64,000 nucleotides of DNA, from assembly GCA_963841735.1 (NCBI GenBank), contig CAWJDT010000003.1, positions 1 to 64,000 of the forward strand. The letters are read 5' to 3'. The stretch is from an uncultured Actinomycetes bacterium (lineage in GTDB: Bacteria > Actinomycetota > Thermoleophilia > RBG-16-64-13). Shown here piece after piece: positions 23,684-34,062 of the stretch; position 1 is the first letter of the stretch, and each line of letters begins with the position of its first letter. A program made the position numbers and the translations under genes. The notes under the pieces are model-generated. The model ran no database searches. It was not told the DNA's origin and was given only the letters and a program-made list of their open reading frames with translations.

Positions 23684-25609
23684 CTATTCCAGGCCCACGA
23701 TATTGCCCAGGCGGGCGTGCTCGATGTCGAAATACGCCTCCATAACGTAGCGGACCATAGGGGCCGCGACCCCGGCACCGTGACCGCCCTGCTCTATCAG
23801 AGCCACCACCACTATCTCGGGCACTTTGTCCGGGTCCGCGGGCGCGTACCCCATGAACCATGAGTAGTCGGCCTTGCCGGCCACCTCGGCCGTGCCGGTC
23901 TTACCCCCGACGCTCTTCGGAAAACCCTGCCAAGCATCGAAGGCCGTGCCCCCGGCGGAGCACACCAGCCTCATGCCTCTCTTGACCTCTTCGAGAATCG
24001 CGGGGTCGATGCCCAAATCGGGACGCTTCTCGCTGATGAAGGTGTTGACATCGGTGCCCGCGGAGTCGGTGATCTTGAGGCCCAAACGTGGTACCCATAC
24101 CGTTCCGCCGTTGACAAGGGCCGAAAGAGCGACGGCCTCTTGCAGGGGGGTGACTAGCAGATCGCCCTGGCCGATGGACAGGTTGATCTCGTCGCCCGGC
24201 TTCCACTCCCGGTTGTTCTCGCGCGCCCACACCACGTCGGGCACTCGGCTCCCGTTGGTCTCCCCCGGGAGATCGATGCCGGTCTGCCGGTCAAACCCAA
24301 AGCGGCGCAACCCGTTCTGAAGCACTGCGCCAGTCTGCCCGTATAGCCTCAGCCCCATAGTGTAGAAGTAGACGTCGCACGACTCCTGGATAGCCTCAAC
24401 GAGGCGGACATCGCCGTGTCCTCCAGTCTGCCAGTCCTTCCATACCTGGGTAAAGCTCTGAAAGGTGAATTTGAAACTGCCTCCGCAGTTGACCACTGTG
24501 TCTACATCGGCCACGCCCGCGTCCACAGCCACCGAGCCCACGAACGGCTTGAAAGTCGAAGCGGCGGGATAGAGGCCGCTGATGGCTCGGTTGAACAGCG
24601 GCTTGCCGGGATCCTCCGAAAGAACCTTGTAGTTCGCATAGCTGATACCGCCCACCCATACGGTGGGGTCGTACTCGGGATAAGAGGCCATGGCCAGCAC
24701 CTCGCCGTTCCGCGGGTCGAGGGCGACGACCACCCCGGCATCGGCGTCGGTCAAACCCGTCTCTTGCGCCCTTTTCAGGCCCTCAAGGATGGCCTGCTCC
24801 GCTTCTTGTTGCAGCTGGCTGTCGATGGTGAGAACCAAGTTGTAACCGGTCTCGGCAGGCACGTTGTCGGTGAAGCGGATAGGACGCCCCGAAGCGTTGA
24901 CCTCCACCTTCTTTAGTCCGTCGGTACCCCTCAGGTAGGAGTCGTAGGCACGCTCCACCCCGTCCTTGCCGATATGGGTGCCGGCATCGAGTTGAGAGAA
25001 CTCGGTCTGGTCGAGATCGTTCTGCGCAACCTCGCCCACATAGCCGAGCATATGAGCGGCAAGAGCTCCGTGGGGATACTGGCGCAAGAAGGTCTTTTCC
25101 ACCTCCACCCCCGGGAAGTCCTCGCTATGCTCCTTGAGATACGCCACAACTGTCTCCTCGGGCACGTCTTCCTTGACCACATACGTCACCCAGGGGTCGC
25201 TCTTGGCCTTCTTATAGTCATCCAGCAGATCGGCGGTAGTCATGCCAAGCAGACCGGCCAGTGCGGAGATCTCGGCGTTGAAATCCGCTACCTCTTGTTC
25301 GTCCTTCGCCTCCGGATCGGGCATGTCCATCGTCAACAGGCACACGCTCAGACCCGCCCGATTCTCGACCATCACCTCGCCGTCACGGTCATATATGACC
25401 CCCCTCGGAGCCTCGACCGTAACCGTGCGCTCCCTGTTGCTCACGGCGAAACCGACGTAATCGTCCCCCGAAAGGATCTGCAGATACCACAGTCGGAAAG
25501 CGATCAGCAAGAACAGGGCGAGTCCGATGAGGAACAGCACTCCCACCCTCATGCCGGTGAACGAGTCGTCGTCCGAAGACAGCCTCTTCTTGACCGGCTG
25601 AAGGATCAT
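23684..25609 (-). CDS. mrdA: Penicillin-binding protein 2
   Basis: RLWYLQI, APRGVIYDR, GKDGVERAYD; catalytic STFK, SCD and KTGTAE motifs. Confidence 0.96.
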   Translation of the reverse strand: MILQPVKKRLSSDDDSFTGMRVGVLFLIGLALFLLIAFRLWYLQILSGDDYVGFAVSNRERTVTVEAPRGVIYDRDGEVMVENRAGLSVCLLTMDMPDPEAKDEQEVADFNAEISALAGLLGMTTADLLDDYKKAKSDPWVTYVVKEDVPEETVVAYLKEHSEDFPGVEVEKTFLRQYPHGALAAHMLGYVGEVAQNDLDQTEFSQLDAGTHIGKDGVERAYDSYLRGTDGLKKVEVNASGRPIRFTDNVPAETGYNLVLTIDSQLQQEAEQAILEGLKRAQETGLTDADAGVVVALDPRNGEVLAMASYPEYDPTVWVGGISYANYKVLSEDPGKPLFNRAISGLYPAASTFKPFVGSVAVDAGVADVDTVVNCGGSFKFTFQSFTQVWKDWQTGGHGDVRLVEAIQESCDVYFYTMGLRLYGQTGAVLQNGLRRFGFDRQTGIDLPGETNGSRVPDVVWARENNREWKPGDEINLSIGQGDLLVTPLQEAVALSALVNGGTVWVPRLGLKITDSAGTDVNTFISEKRPDLGIDPAILEEVKRGMRLVCSAGGTAFDAWQGFPKSVGGKTGTAEVAGKADYSWFMGYAPADPDKVPEIVVVALIEQGGHGAGVAAPMVRYVMEAYFDIEHARLGNIVGLE

Positions 25610-26145
25610 TCCCCGCCCCTGGCCGCCCCGAGCGGCTCGCCGCGGGAGGGCACAAGGAGTCGCAACCGCATCAATAGAAGGTACACCGGAACGGCTATGA
25701 GAGTGTCCAGCACAGCCTCGGGCACCAGTTGCACACCCATCATGGTGAACAAGCCCTCTCGTGGGCCCATGACATACGTGAACAGCCCGAAGACCAGCTG
25801 CGCGGCAACAGACGCTCCGCCCGCGTAGATCAGAAGCATCCAGAGACCCTCGGCGCCAAAACGCGCCGCCAACGTACCCAAAACGTACCCGGTCACCACA
25901 TATACAAGCGACCGCAAGCCCAAGGGCTGCAGATAGGTGATATCGGCGGCCACCCCAGCCACGAACCCGAAAACGGCCCCCCACATGGACCCCCGCACTA
26001 TCGCCACGATCACCGTCATTATCAGAAAGAGATCGGCTGTGACCCCGAGAACGCGAACCCGGGAGACGACGAGCGTTTGCAGCAGCGCCCCAATCACGAA
26101 GAGCAAGAACACCTTGCCCACCGCTATTGCCTGGACGCGACTCAC
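25606..26145 (-). CDS. mreD: Rod shape-determining protein MreD
   Basis: Multi-TM hydrophobic protein (ADLFL..GAVFGFVAG..D) located between mreC and mrdA. Confidence 0.9.
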   Translation of the reverse strand: MSRVQAIAVGKVFLLFVIGALLQTLVVSRVRVLGVTADLFLIMTVIVAIVRGSMWGAVFGFVAGVAADITYLQPLGLRSLVYVVTGYVLGTLAARFGAEGLWMLLIYAGGASVAAQLVFGLFTYVMGPREGLFTMMGVQLVPEAVLDTLIAVPVYLLLMRLRLLVPSRGEPLGAARGGE

Positions 26146-27197
26146 CGCTCTTGGCTCCGGTTGGTCGTGGTCGTGCCTCCGAGCAGAGTGGTCGTGGTGG
26201 CACTACCACGCAAGGTGGTCGTGGTGGTTGGCGAGCCGGTGGTAGTTGTGGCTCCTCCCGGGACCGTGGTGCTCGAAGCGGCCGTGGTACCGGTAAGTAC
26301 GGTGGTGCTCGTAACGGCGATGGTGGTGGTGGCGCTCTCCGGCACGATCAGCACCATCACCTCTTCCAGAACGCGGAAGTCGACGAAGGCCTGGACCTCT
26401 ATCTCCTTGTAGATGTTGATGGTCTCCTCGCCCACGCTGATGACGATGCCGATGGGAATATCCGCCGGATAGATACCCCCGTAGCCAGAGCTCACCACCG
26501 GCAGTTTAGGCTCGACCGGGAGGTCACGGTCGACAAAGTCCATCACCAGCATCCCGCTGACCGACCCCTCGACTATGCCCTCAGCCCGAGAGCCCTGTAT
26601 CTTGGCCGACACGCTCGATTCGGCATCGGTGATGAGCCGTACCTTGGCGCTGTGCGCCGTGACCTCGACGATCTTGCCCACGAGCCCCTTGCCGGGAAGA
26701 GTCTCCCCGACCACAGGCGTCGCGCCCACAACCGGCAGACCCACCCTCAGCCCGTCGTCCGAACCCTTGTCGATCTTTACCCACGATTCCAGCAGGGTGG
26801 GCGACTTGTCGATGACCCGGGCCACCATGAAGTCGGTCCCCGCCGGATAGGTGCCCTTGTCGCGCAACTCAAGAAGGCTCTTGAGGCGCTGGTTCTCCTC
26901 CGCCTCCTCTTCGAGCTGTACCAATCGCCCCTGGAGCCCCTGAAGTGTCTCTTCCAGCTCTGCGGCGCGTTCGTGGGCCGACCAGATAGTCCTAAACCAG
27001 TTGTACCCGTCCTGGAAAGGTTGGGCGATCTTGTCTCCCCACGACTGCATGGGAGTAAGCATGTTGGCGAAACCTTGCCGGATGGCATGAACCGGCCCTG
27101 AGTCCGACTCGCGGAACGAGACCGTGAGTAGGGCCAGCGACAGGATGATCAGAATGACGAAGACGCCTCTCCGCCAGGCTACTTTGTTACGCGCCAT
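26142..27197 (-). CDS. mreC: Rod shape-determining protein MreC with Thr-rich tail
   Basis: TM and coiled coil ENQRLKSLL, IDKGSDDG, GLVGKI, SSGYGGIYPADIPIG. Confidence 0.95.
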   Translation of the reverse strand: MARNKVAWRRGVFVILIILSLALLTVSFRESDSGPVHAIRQGFANMLTPMQSWGDKIAQPFQDGYNWFRTIWSAHERAAELEETLQGLQGRLVQLEEEAEENQRLKSLLELRDKGTYPAGTDFMVARVIDKSPTLLESWVKIDKGSDDGLRVGLPVVGATPVVGETLPGKGLVGKIVEVTAHSAKVRLITDAESSVSAKIQGSRAEGIVEGSVSGMLVMDFVDRDLPVEPKLPVVSSGYGGIYPADIPIGIVISVGEETINIYKEIEVQAFVDFRVLEEVMVLIVPESATTTIAVTSTTVLTGTTAASSTTVPGGATTTTGSPTTTTTLRGSATTTTLLGGTTTTNRSQER

Positions 27198-27212
27198 GAT
27201 TGTCCCCGCTAT

Positions 27213-28256
27213 CTAGTAGCGGTGTCTCTTGGCCCTCTGTGACATGCGATGTAGAGTGTCGAACTCCTCCAGCGAACGGCCGGAACCAACCGCTACGCAG
27301 GTAAGAGGTGACTCCGCTCGGTTCACAGGCATCTGAGTCTCCTCACGTACCCGTTCACACATACCCTGCAGCAGCGACCCACCCCCGGCCAGCATGATGC
27401 CCCGGTCCATGATGTCCGAGGCCAGTTCGGGCGGCGTCTTGTCGAGAGTGGACTTGATGGCGTCTATGATGGCTGCCACCGGCTCCTCGATGGCAATCCG
27501 CACCTCCTCGGAGGTTATGATAAGCGTCTTGGGCAACCCGGTGACCAAGTCGCGGCCACGGATCTCGGCCTCCTGCTCCTGCTCCATGGGAAATGCAGAC
27601 CCAATCTCCATCTTGAGCTCTTCGGCGGTCTGGCTGCCGATCATGAGCTTGTACTCCTTCTTTATCCAAGCGATGATCGCCTCGTCAAGCTCATCGCCGC
27701 CGATGCGAATCGATTGGGCCACGACAATGCCAGACAGCGATATTACCGCCACCTCGCTGGTGCCGCCGCCAATATCCACGATCATGCTCCCGGTGGCCTC
27801 CGCAACCGGCAGGCCTGCTCCGATGGCGGCCGCCATTGGCTCCTCGATGAGATAGGCCGCCCTCGCCCCCGCGCTGATGGTGGCCTCTTCGACCGCGCGC
27901 CGCTCCACCCCCGTGACTCCGGAGGGAACGCAGACAACAACACGTGGGTGGGCCCAGCGGTTCTGGTGGACCCTCTGGATGAAATGGCGCAGCATCTGCT
28001 CGGTCACGTCGAAGTCGGCGATGACCCCGTCTTTGAGCGGCCTAATGGCGTTGATCGTACCGGGAGTGCGGCCCAACATGCGCTTTGCGTCGGTGCCTAC
28101 CGCGAGAACCTCGCCCGTCCGGGAGTCTATGGCCACCACCGACGGCTCCGAGAGGACGATGCCCCGGCCGCGGACGTAGACAAGAGTCGTCGCGGTACCC
28201 AAATCCACTGCCATATCTCGTCCGGCAAAACCGGTGATGAACTCACTGAAGGCTAT
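27213..28256 (-). CDS. mreB: Actin-like rod shape protein MreB
   Basis: [52 protein letters not shown]. Best SD-supported start is ATA at 28256; an internal ATG lies 14 codons later. Confidence 0.97.
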   Translation of the reverse strand: MAFSEFITGFAGRDMAVDLGTATTLVYVRGRGIVLSEPSVVAIDSRTGEVLAVGTDAKRMLGRTPGTINAIRPLKDGVIADFDVTEQMLRHFIQRVHQNRWAHPRVVVCVPSGVTGVERRAVEEATISAGARAAYLIEEPMAAAIGAGLPVAEATGSMIVDIGGGTSEVAVISLSGIVVAQSIRIGGDELDEAIIAWIKKEYKLMIGSQTAEELKMEIGSAFPMEQEQEAEIRGRDLVTGLPKTLIITSEEVRIAIEEPVAAIIDAIKSTLDKTPPELASDIMDRGIMLAGGGSLLQGMCERVREETQMPVNRAESPLTCVAVGSGRSLEEFDTLHRMSQRAKRHRY

Positions 28257-28311
28257 AGCGATTCCTCCGTGCCAACACTTCCAGAGACCTAGGCCGCACC
28301 GGGCCTCCGGT

Positions 28312-28317
28312 ATTATA
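28312..28317 (-). promoter_or_regulatory. -10 element upstream of mreB
   Basis: Perfect TATAAT immediately after the maf stop; -35 is weak. Confidence 0.5.
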
Positions 28318-28318
28318 C

Positions 28319-28999
28319 CTACTGAGCCGCTACTGTGGTGAACGGCCCTATTCGACCGACGTCTACCCACTCTCTACGCACCAGGTCGAAGCCCCATTCT
28401 CCGAAGAGACGAGCCAGCAGATGCAGAGGCAATCCCACCACGTTGCTGTACTCGCCCCGCACGCCGGTCACCCACAGTGCCGCGACACCCTGAACGGCGT
28501 AGGCACCGGCCTTGCCCTTCCACTCACCCGACGCAAGGTAGGCCTTGATCTGGGCATCGTCCATGGCGGCGAATGTGACGTCGGTAATGGCGTGTGCCAC
28601 CCGCACCTGCTCGGGGCAGGGTAGACCCCCGTCCGGCGGCGACCCGGCCCAGCGCCACTCCCGAGACCACCTGATGAGTCCTGCCCGGACAGAGCCGCCA
28701 ACATACCAGCGGCCTCTCCGGCCGTGGCCGGTTTACCCATGACTCTCTCATCACCGGTCACCAGCGTGTCTGTCCCCAGCACGAACGCCCCGGGCTCAGC
28801 GCCGAGCGGCAGAACGGCACCCGTCACTTTGGCCAAGGCGTTGGCCTCGGCCAGTTGCACGGCCGGACCCCCCGCTGAGCGACTCCTCAGCCTCAGATGC
28901 CACCACCGTGAACGGCACCCCCAAGTCGCGCAGCAGCGAATGCCGGCGGGGAGACTGCGAGGCTAGGATCAGTCTGAAATCGGGCGGAAACGGGGCTAT
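28319..28999 (-). CDS. maf: Maf family nucleoside triphosphate pyrophosphatase (frameshifted)
   Basis: [55 protein letters not shown]. Confidence 0.92.
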
Positions 29000-29419
29000 G
29001 TCAGCAACTCCCCGCCCTCGGGGAAGAAGATCGCGATCTCGCGCTGGGCGCTCTCGAGACTATCGGCGCTATGGACCACGTTCTGGCTCATGCTCAGGCC
29101 AAAGTCGCCTCGGACGGAACCGGGGTCAGCCTCCAGCGGATTGGTAGCGCCCATCATGCGTCGCACCACCTTGACCGCCGACGGACCTTCCACCACCATC
29201 GCGAAGATGGGGGCCGAGGTTATATGCGTGACCAACTCCTCGTAGAAGGGCTTGGCCTTGATGCTCGGCGTAGTGCCGCTCGGCCATGTCGCGGGTGACG
29301 ATGAGCATCCGGGCCACCCTGATGATCAGACCCCGGCGCTCCATGCGGCTGATGACTTCCCCCACCAATCCTCGGGCCACCCCGCTCGGTTTGACGAGCA
29401 CCAGCGTACGTTCGGTCAC
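28996..29419 (-). CDS. ndk: Nucleoside diphosphate kinase (frameshift near 29255)
   Basis: ERTLVLVKP, HYAEH, GATNP..PGSVRGDF, NVVHSADS; GGAGG SD before GTG. Confidence 0.95.
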
Positions 29420-30004
29420 GGTATCCTCCATAGGTCGTCTGCGCGATGATGCGCTGATTTGCGAGCAGTCCATCAAACTGAGCCAAGCGTCTACTTGGGC
29501 CTGCTGAGGCTCCAGGGGTTCGTCCGCCGGAGGCGCCACCCTTCGGCCTCTGGGATCGTGCCCACAGTAGGGGCAGAGCTTCCAACCCGGCTCCAGGATC
29601 CTCTCGCACACACTGCAGATGGAGCGGAGCGGCCGGCGGCAGCTCGGGCAGGCTACGTAATCGGGCTTGATGAGCTCCCCACACGAGGGGCAGGCCCGCA
29701 TGATCTGCAGCTCCTGCTCCATAGCACGTGTCTCTAGTTCGCGTTCCCTGGCCTCGGCCAGATACTCAGCCGGCCGCAGGATGCCGTAGATGATGGTGCC
29801 CAGCAAGGGCAGCACGAGCGAAGAGAGCACAGCCACCCCTATGATTATGGGGTCGTCGATGCGCTTGCGGGCGTCCTTAAAGGTCCACAAGATCAAGGAC
29901 AACCACAGGACCACCAGGAAAAAGACGAAGACGTACAACGATAGCGCCCATATCGGCGAATCTATGATCTTGTTGATGGTCTCAAAGAGACTATTGCTGT
30001 CCAA
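29420..30004 (-). CDS. Membrane protein with double zinc ribbon; true stop uncertain
   Basis: Three TM segments, DARKRI..Y.ILRP.EYL, then CPSC..CPSC..CSVC..CPYC. Confidence 0.8.
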
Positions 30005-30071
30005 GTCCCGCTCCTACATCAAAGTGCGCGAGGATCAAGCGAGAGAATATCACGACCACAGGAGGCACGGC

Positions 30072-31373
30072 CTAGGTGAGCCCCCGCTTGAGGTCGGATA
30101 TCAGCGTCAGTGAGCCGGTGACCAGCACCACCTGGTTGGAGGTCGCAAGCCGGTATGCGCTCACCATGGCCGAGTGCGGGTCGGGATCGACAAAGACCTC
30201 CGGGCCCTTGCCCACCTCAGCTATGATCGCCGCCAATTCGTCGGCTGAGAGGGCTCGGGCACTCGCGCTCTGGGTGGCGAACATGATGTCGCACGCCGGC
30301 ACCAGCACCCGCATCATCTCAAGCACTTCCTTGTCACGCAGTACCGAAACCACGGCGATGAGACGCCGGCGCTCCAGGATCTGCTCCAGCGAGCTCATGG
30401 TCTCGGCCATCCCCGGCGGGTTATGCGAACCGTCGAAGATGCAGAGGGGCTGTGTGCCAATGACTTCCAGGCGGCCCGGCACCTCGGTCGCTGCCAGTGC
30501 GGCTCGCACTTGGTCGGCCTCCAACTCCTTGCCGCCGAGGAGCTCCACAGCGGCCACCGCTAGAGCGGCGTTCCCGCGCTGGTAGCCACCCAGCACTTTC
30601 AACTTCAGGTCGGTGTAGCACCCGTAGAGCCCGAATATATCGAAGGAAGCGTGCCGGGGATCGGACAAGACGACGAACTCGTCGCCCAGGAACTGGCACA
30701 ACGCCTCACGCTCGGCGCACAGGTGCCTGAGCTCCGCTTTCAGCGGCGCGCCAAGGTTTCCCGCCACCACCTTCCCGTTATGCGGCACCACCGCCGCCTT
30801 CTCCTTGAGGATGGCCGACTCGGTGTCGCCCAGGAGTTCAGTGTGCTCCCGACCGATGGTGGTGATCACCTGCACGTCAGAGGAGATCACCGAGGTCGCG
30901 TCCAGCCGACCACCCAATCCCGCTTCGATGACGGCCACGTCGCAGCCCTTCTCTTTGAAGTAGAGCAAGGCTGCGGCCGTGAGCACTTCGAACTGGGTCA
31001 GGGAGTCCCCCGGGGGAAAGTCTTTGTTCAGCCGCTCGGCCACAGGTCTGATGCGCGCCACCAGATCGCAGAACTCCTCTTCGGTGGATGCCACAGAGTT
31101 CACCATCTGCCGCTCGGCCAGGCTGATGAGATGCGGGGACACATAGGCCCCCACTGTGAGCCCCTGCGCCTCGAGTAGAGACGAGATGAAGCGCGTGGTG
31201 GAACTCTTGCCGTTGGTGCCCACCACGTGGATGGTGCGGTAGGCCTTCTGCGGCGACCCCAACTCCTCCACCAACTTGGCGACGCGGTCGAGACCCAGAT
31301 GCATGCCCAGCCGCTCCAGTCCGTTCACGTACTCCCAGACTTCCTGCGGATTGCAGGCCGCCCGGCGGGTCAC
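30072..31373 (-). CDS. folC: Bifunctional folylpolyglutamate synthase/dihydrofolate synthase
   Basis: IHVVGTNGKSS, SPHL, FEVLTA, EAGLGGRLDAT, PGRLE, DGSHNP, VTGSL. Confidence 0.96.
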   Translation of the reverse strand: MTRRAACNPQEVWEYVNGLERLGMHLGLDRVAKLVEELGSPQKAYRTIHVVGTNGKSSTTRFISSLLEAQGLTVGAYVSPHLISLAERQMVNSVASTEEEFCDLVARIRPVAERLNKDFPPGDSLTQFEVLTAAALLYFKEKGCDVAVIEAGLGGRLDATSVISSDVQVITTIGREHTELLGDTESAILKEKAAVVPHNGKVVAGNLGAPLKAELRHLCAEREALCQFLGDEFVVLSDPRHASFDIFGLYGCYTDLKLKVLGGYQRGNAALAVAAVELLGGKELEADQVRAALAATEVPGRLEVIGTQPLCIFDGSHNPPGMAETMSSLEQILERRRLIAVVSVLRDKEVLEMMRVLVPACDIMFATQSASARALSADELAAIIAEVGKGPEVFVDPDPHSAMVSAYRLATSNQVVLVTGSLTLISDLKRGLT

Positions 31374-34039
31374 GGCTTCTTGCCCTCGGGTAGCGGCAAG
31401 TCACCCCCCACCCGCTCGCGGTACTGTCGCTGGACCTCGGCCAGAACGGCCTCGGCAGCAGTCAGGCGGCTCTGCTCTTCGGCCACCACGGCCTCCGGAG
31501 CCTTGGCCATGAAACCCTGGTTGCCCAGCTTGGCGCGGGCCTTGGTCGCTTCAACCTGGGCCTTCTGGGCCTTGTTCACGAGTCTTGCCCGCTCCCGCTC
31601 CACGTCTACCAAGCCCTCAAGATCGAGCAACGCCTGAACCCCGGGGCCCTCCACCGAGGCGAAGCGCTCCGCTCCGCCGCCGGCGGCGATCGCTTCGATG
31701 AACTCACACATGCACAGCTGCCGAACCGCCTGCTGCAACTCCGTGATGGCGGCGGCGGCCCCGGGCGTCGACTCCACGATGCGCACCCGGCCCACTACAT
31801 CACGGGCCAGGCCCAATTCCTCGCGGGTGGAGCGCAGACCTCCCACTACGGCCATGAAGATCTCCATGGCCGTTTCCGCAGCGGGCATCGTCCCAGGAGG
31901 GGTCGGCCTCCGAGTAGGTGGCATCGAACAGGCTAGGAGCACTGCTCAGCCGACGCCACCCAGGGCAGGTGACCGTAGATCTCCTCGGTGACAAAGGGCA
32001 TCAGGGGATGCAGCAGCAACATCACGTGCTCAAGAAGTACGAGCAGGTTGCCGCTCACTTGCAGACGCTCGGCCTCGTCTTCGCTGTAGAGGCGACTCTT
32101 GGCCACCTCGAGATACCAGTCGCACAGCTCGTTCCAGACGAAACGGTAGAGCACCCGGGCCACATCATCGAACTCGTAGCTCTCGTAGAGCTGGGTGACC
32201 TCCCGAGTCACCGCGTTCAGGCGACTGAAGATCCAGCGGTCGGCCGCCGTGGCCAGCTCCACCCGACGCTCCGCCTCCGGATGAGCGCCCTGCAGCACGA
32301 GGCGCGAGGCGTTCCAGATCTTGTTGGCGAAGTTGCGCCCCATCTCGATGCGCTCGGCGCTGAAGCGCACGTCCTGCACCGAGCTCATGTAGGCCAGCCC
32401 GAAGCGGGTGGCGTCGGCCCCGTACTCGGCGATGAGCTCCAACGGGTCCACTCCGGTGCCAAGGCTCTTGCTCATGCGCCGGCCGTCGGCCGCCAGCACG
32501 GTGGGATGGATGATGACGTCGCTGAAAGGGCATGTCGCCCCGGAACTCCATGCCCATCATGATCATGCGGGCCACCCACAGGTAGATGATGTCCCGTGCC
32601 GTGGAGAGCACCGAGGTGGGATAGAAGGCCTCGAGCTTCGCCGTCTCCTCCGGCCAGCCCAGCGTGGCGAACGGCCACAGGGCCGAGCTGAACCAGGTGT
32701 CCAGCACGTCCTCTTCTTGCCGGACGGTCCCGCCGCACTTGTCGCAGGCCTGCGGCGGCTCGGCCGCCACCATCAGGTGCTCGCACTGCTCGCAGGCGTA
32801 GGCCGGGATGCGGTGCCCCCACCAGAGCTGGCGGCTGATGCACCAGGGCCGGATGCCCGTCATCCAATCGAGGTAGACCTCGCCCCAACGCGCGGGGCGT
32901 GAAACGCACGCGCCCATCTTCGACCACCTTGATGGCCGGCTGCACCAGGCGCTTCATGTCCATGAACCACTGCAGTGAGAGAAGCGGCTCGATGACGGTG
33001 CCGCACCGGTAGCAGGTGCCCACCGAGTGGTCGTAGTCGTCGGCCTTGACGAACAGGCCCTCTTCTTCCAGCCGCGCCAGCACGGCGGCGCGGGCCTCCG
33101 TGGAAGTCTGCCCCGCGAACTCTCCGGCTTCGGCCGTCATGACGCCGTCGAGCCCGATGACCGAGATGCTGGGCAGTCCGTGCCGCAGACCTATCTCCCA
33201 GTCGTCGGGGTCGTGCCCCGGGGTGATCTTGAGGGCGCCGGTGCCGAAGCCGATGTCCACGTGCTCGTCGGCGATGATGGGCACTTCGCGTCCGACCAAA
33301 GGCACCACCGCGGTGCCGCCCACGAACCGCCCGTAGCGCGGGTCCTTGGGGTTCACCGCCACGGCCGTGTCGCCCAGGATGGTCTCCGGGACGCGTGGTC
33401 GCCACCGTCAGCGTCTCGTTCGGAACCGGCCACGGGGTACTTCACGTAGTAGAGCTTTGCGGCCCTGTCTTCGTGCTCCACCTCCAGGTCGGAGATGGCC
33501 GAGCCACAGCGCACGCACCAGTTGACCAGGTAGACGTCGCGGTAGATGTCGCCCTTCTCGTAGAGCGAGACGAACACCTTGGACACCGCCTTCTGGTAGG
33601 CCTCGTCCATGGTGAACCGCTCGGACTCGTAGTCGCAGGCGCAGCCGAGCTTCTTGAGCTGGTGGATGATGGTGGAGCCGTACTCGCGCCGCCACTCCCA
33701 CACCCGCTGCTCGAAGGCCTCGCGGCCGATGTCCTCCTTGCGCAGGCCCTCGCCGGCCAGACGGCCCTCCACCTTGTTCTGGGTGGCGATGCCGGCGTGG
33801 TCGGTGCCCACGACCCACAGCGTGTTGAAACCGCGCAGGTGGTGATAGCGGATGAGGGCGTCCTGGATGGTGTCGTTGAGGGCATGCCCCATGTGCAGAG
33901 AGCCGGTGACGTTGGGCGGCGGGATGGACACCACAAAGGGCGGCCGCGGATCGTCGGGTTCGGCGCAGAAGGCCGAGCGCTCGAGCCAGCGCTTCATCAG
34001 CCGTTCTTCTACCTCATGCGGCTCGTAGCGCGCCGCCAT
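31370..34039 (-). CDS. valS: Valine--tRNA ligase (several frameshifts)
   Basis: PPPNVTGSLHMGHAL, GTDHAGIATQ, ATTRPET, GTGALKITPGHD, WCISRQLWWGHRIP, DVLDTWFSS, RMSKS, C-terminal coiled coil. Confidence 0.96.
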
Positions 34040-34062
34040 GCTCGTCCTATCGTCGCCCAAAG

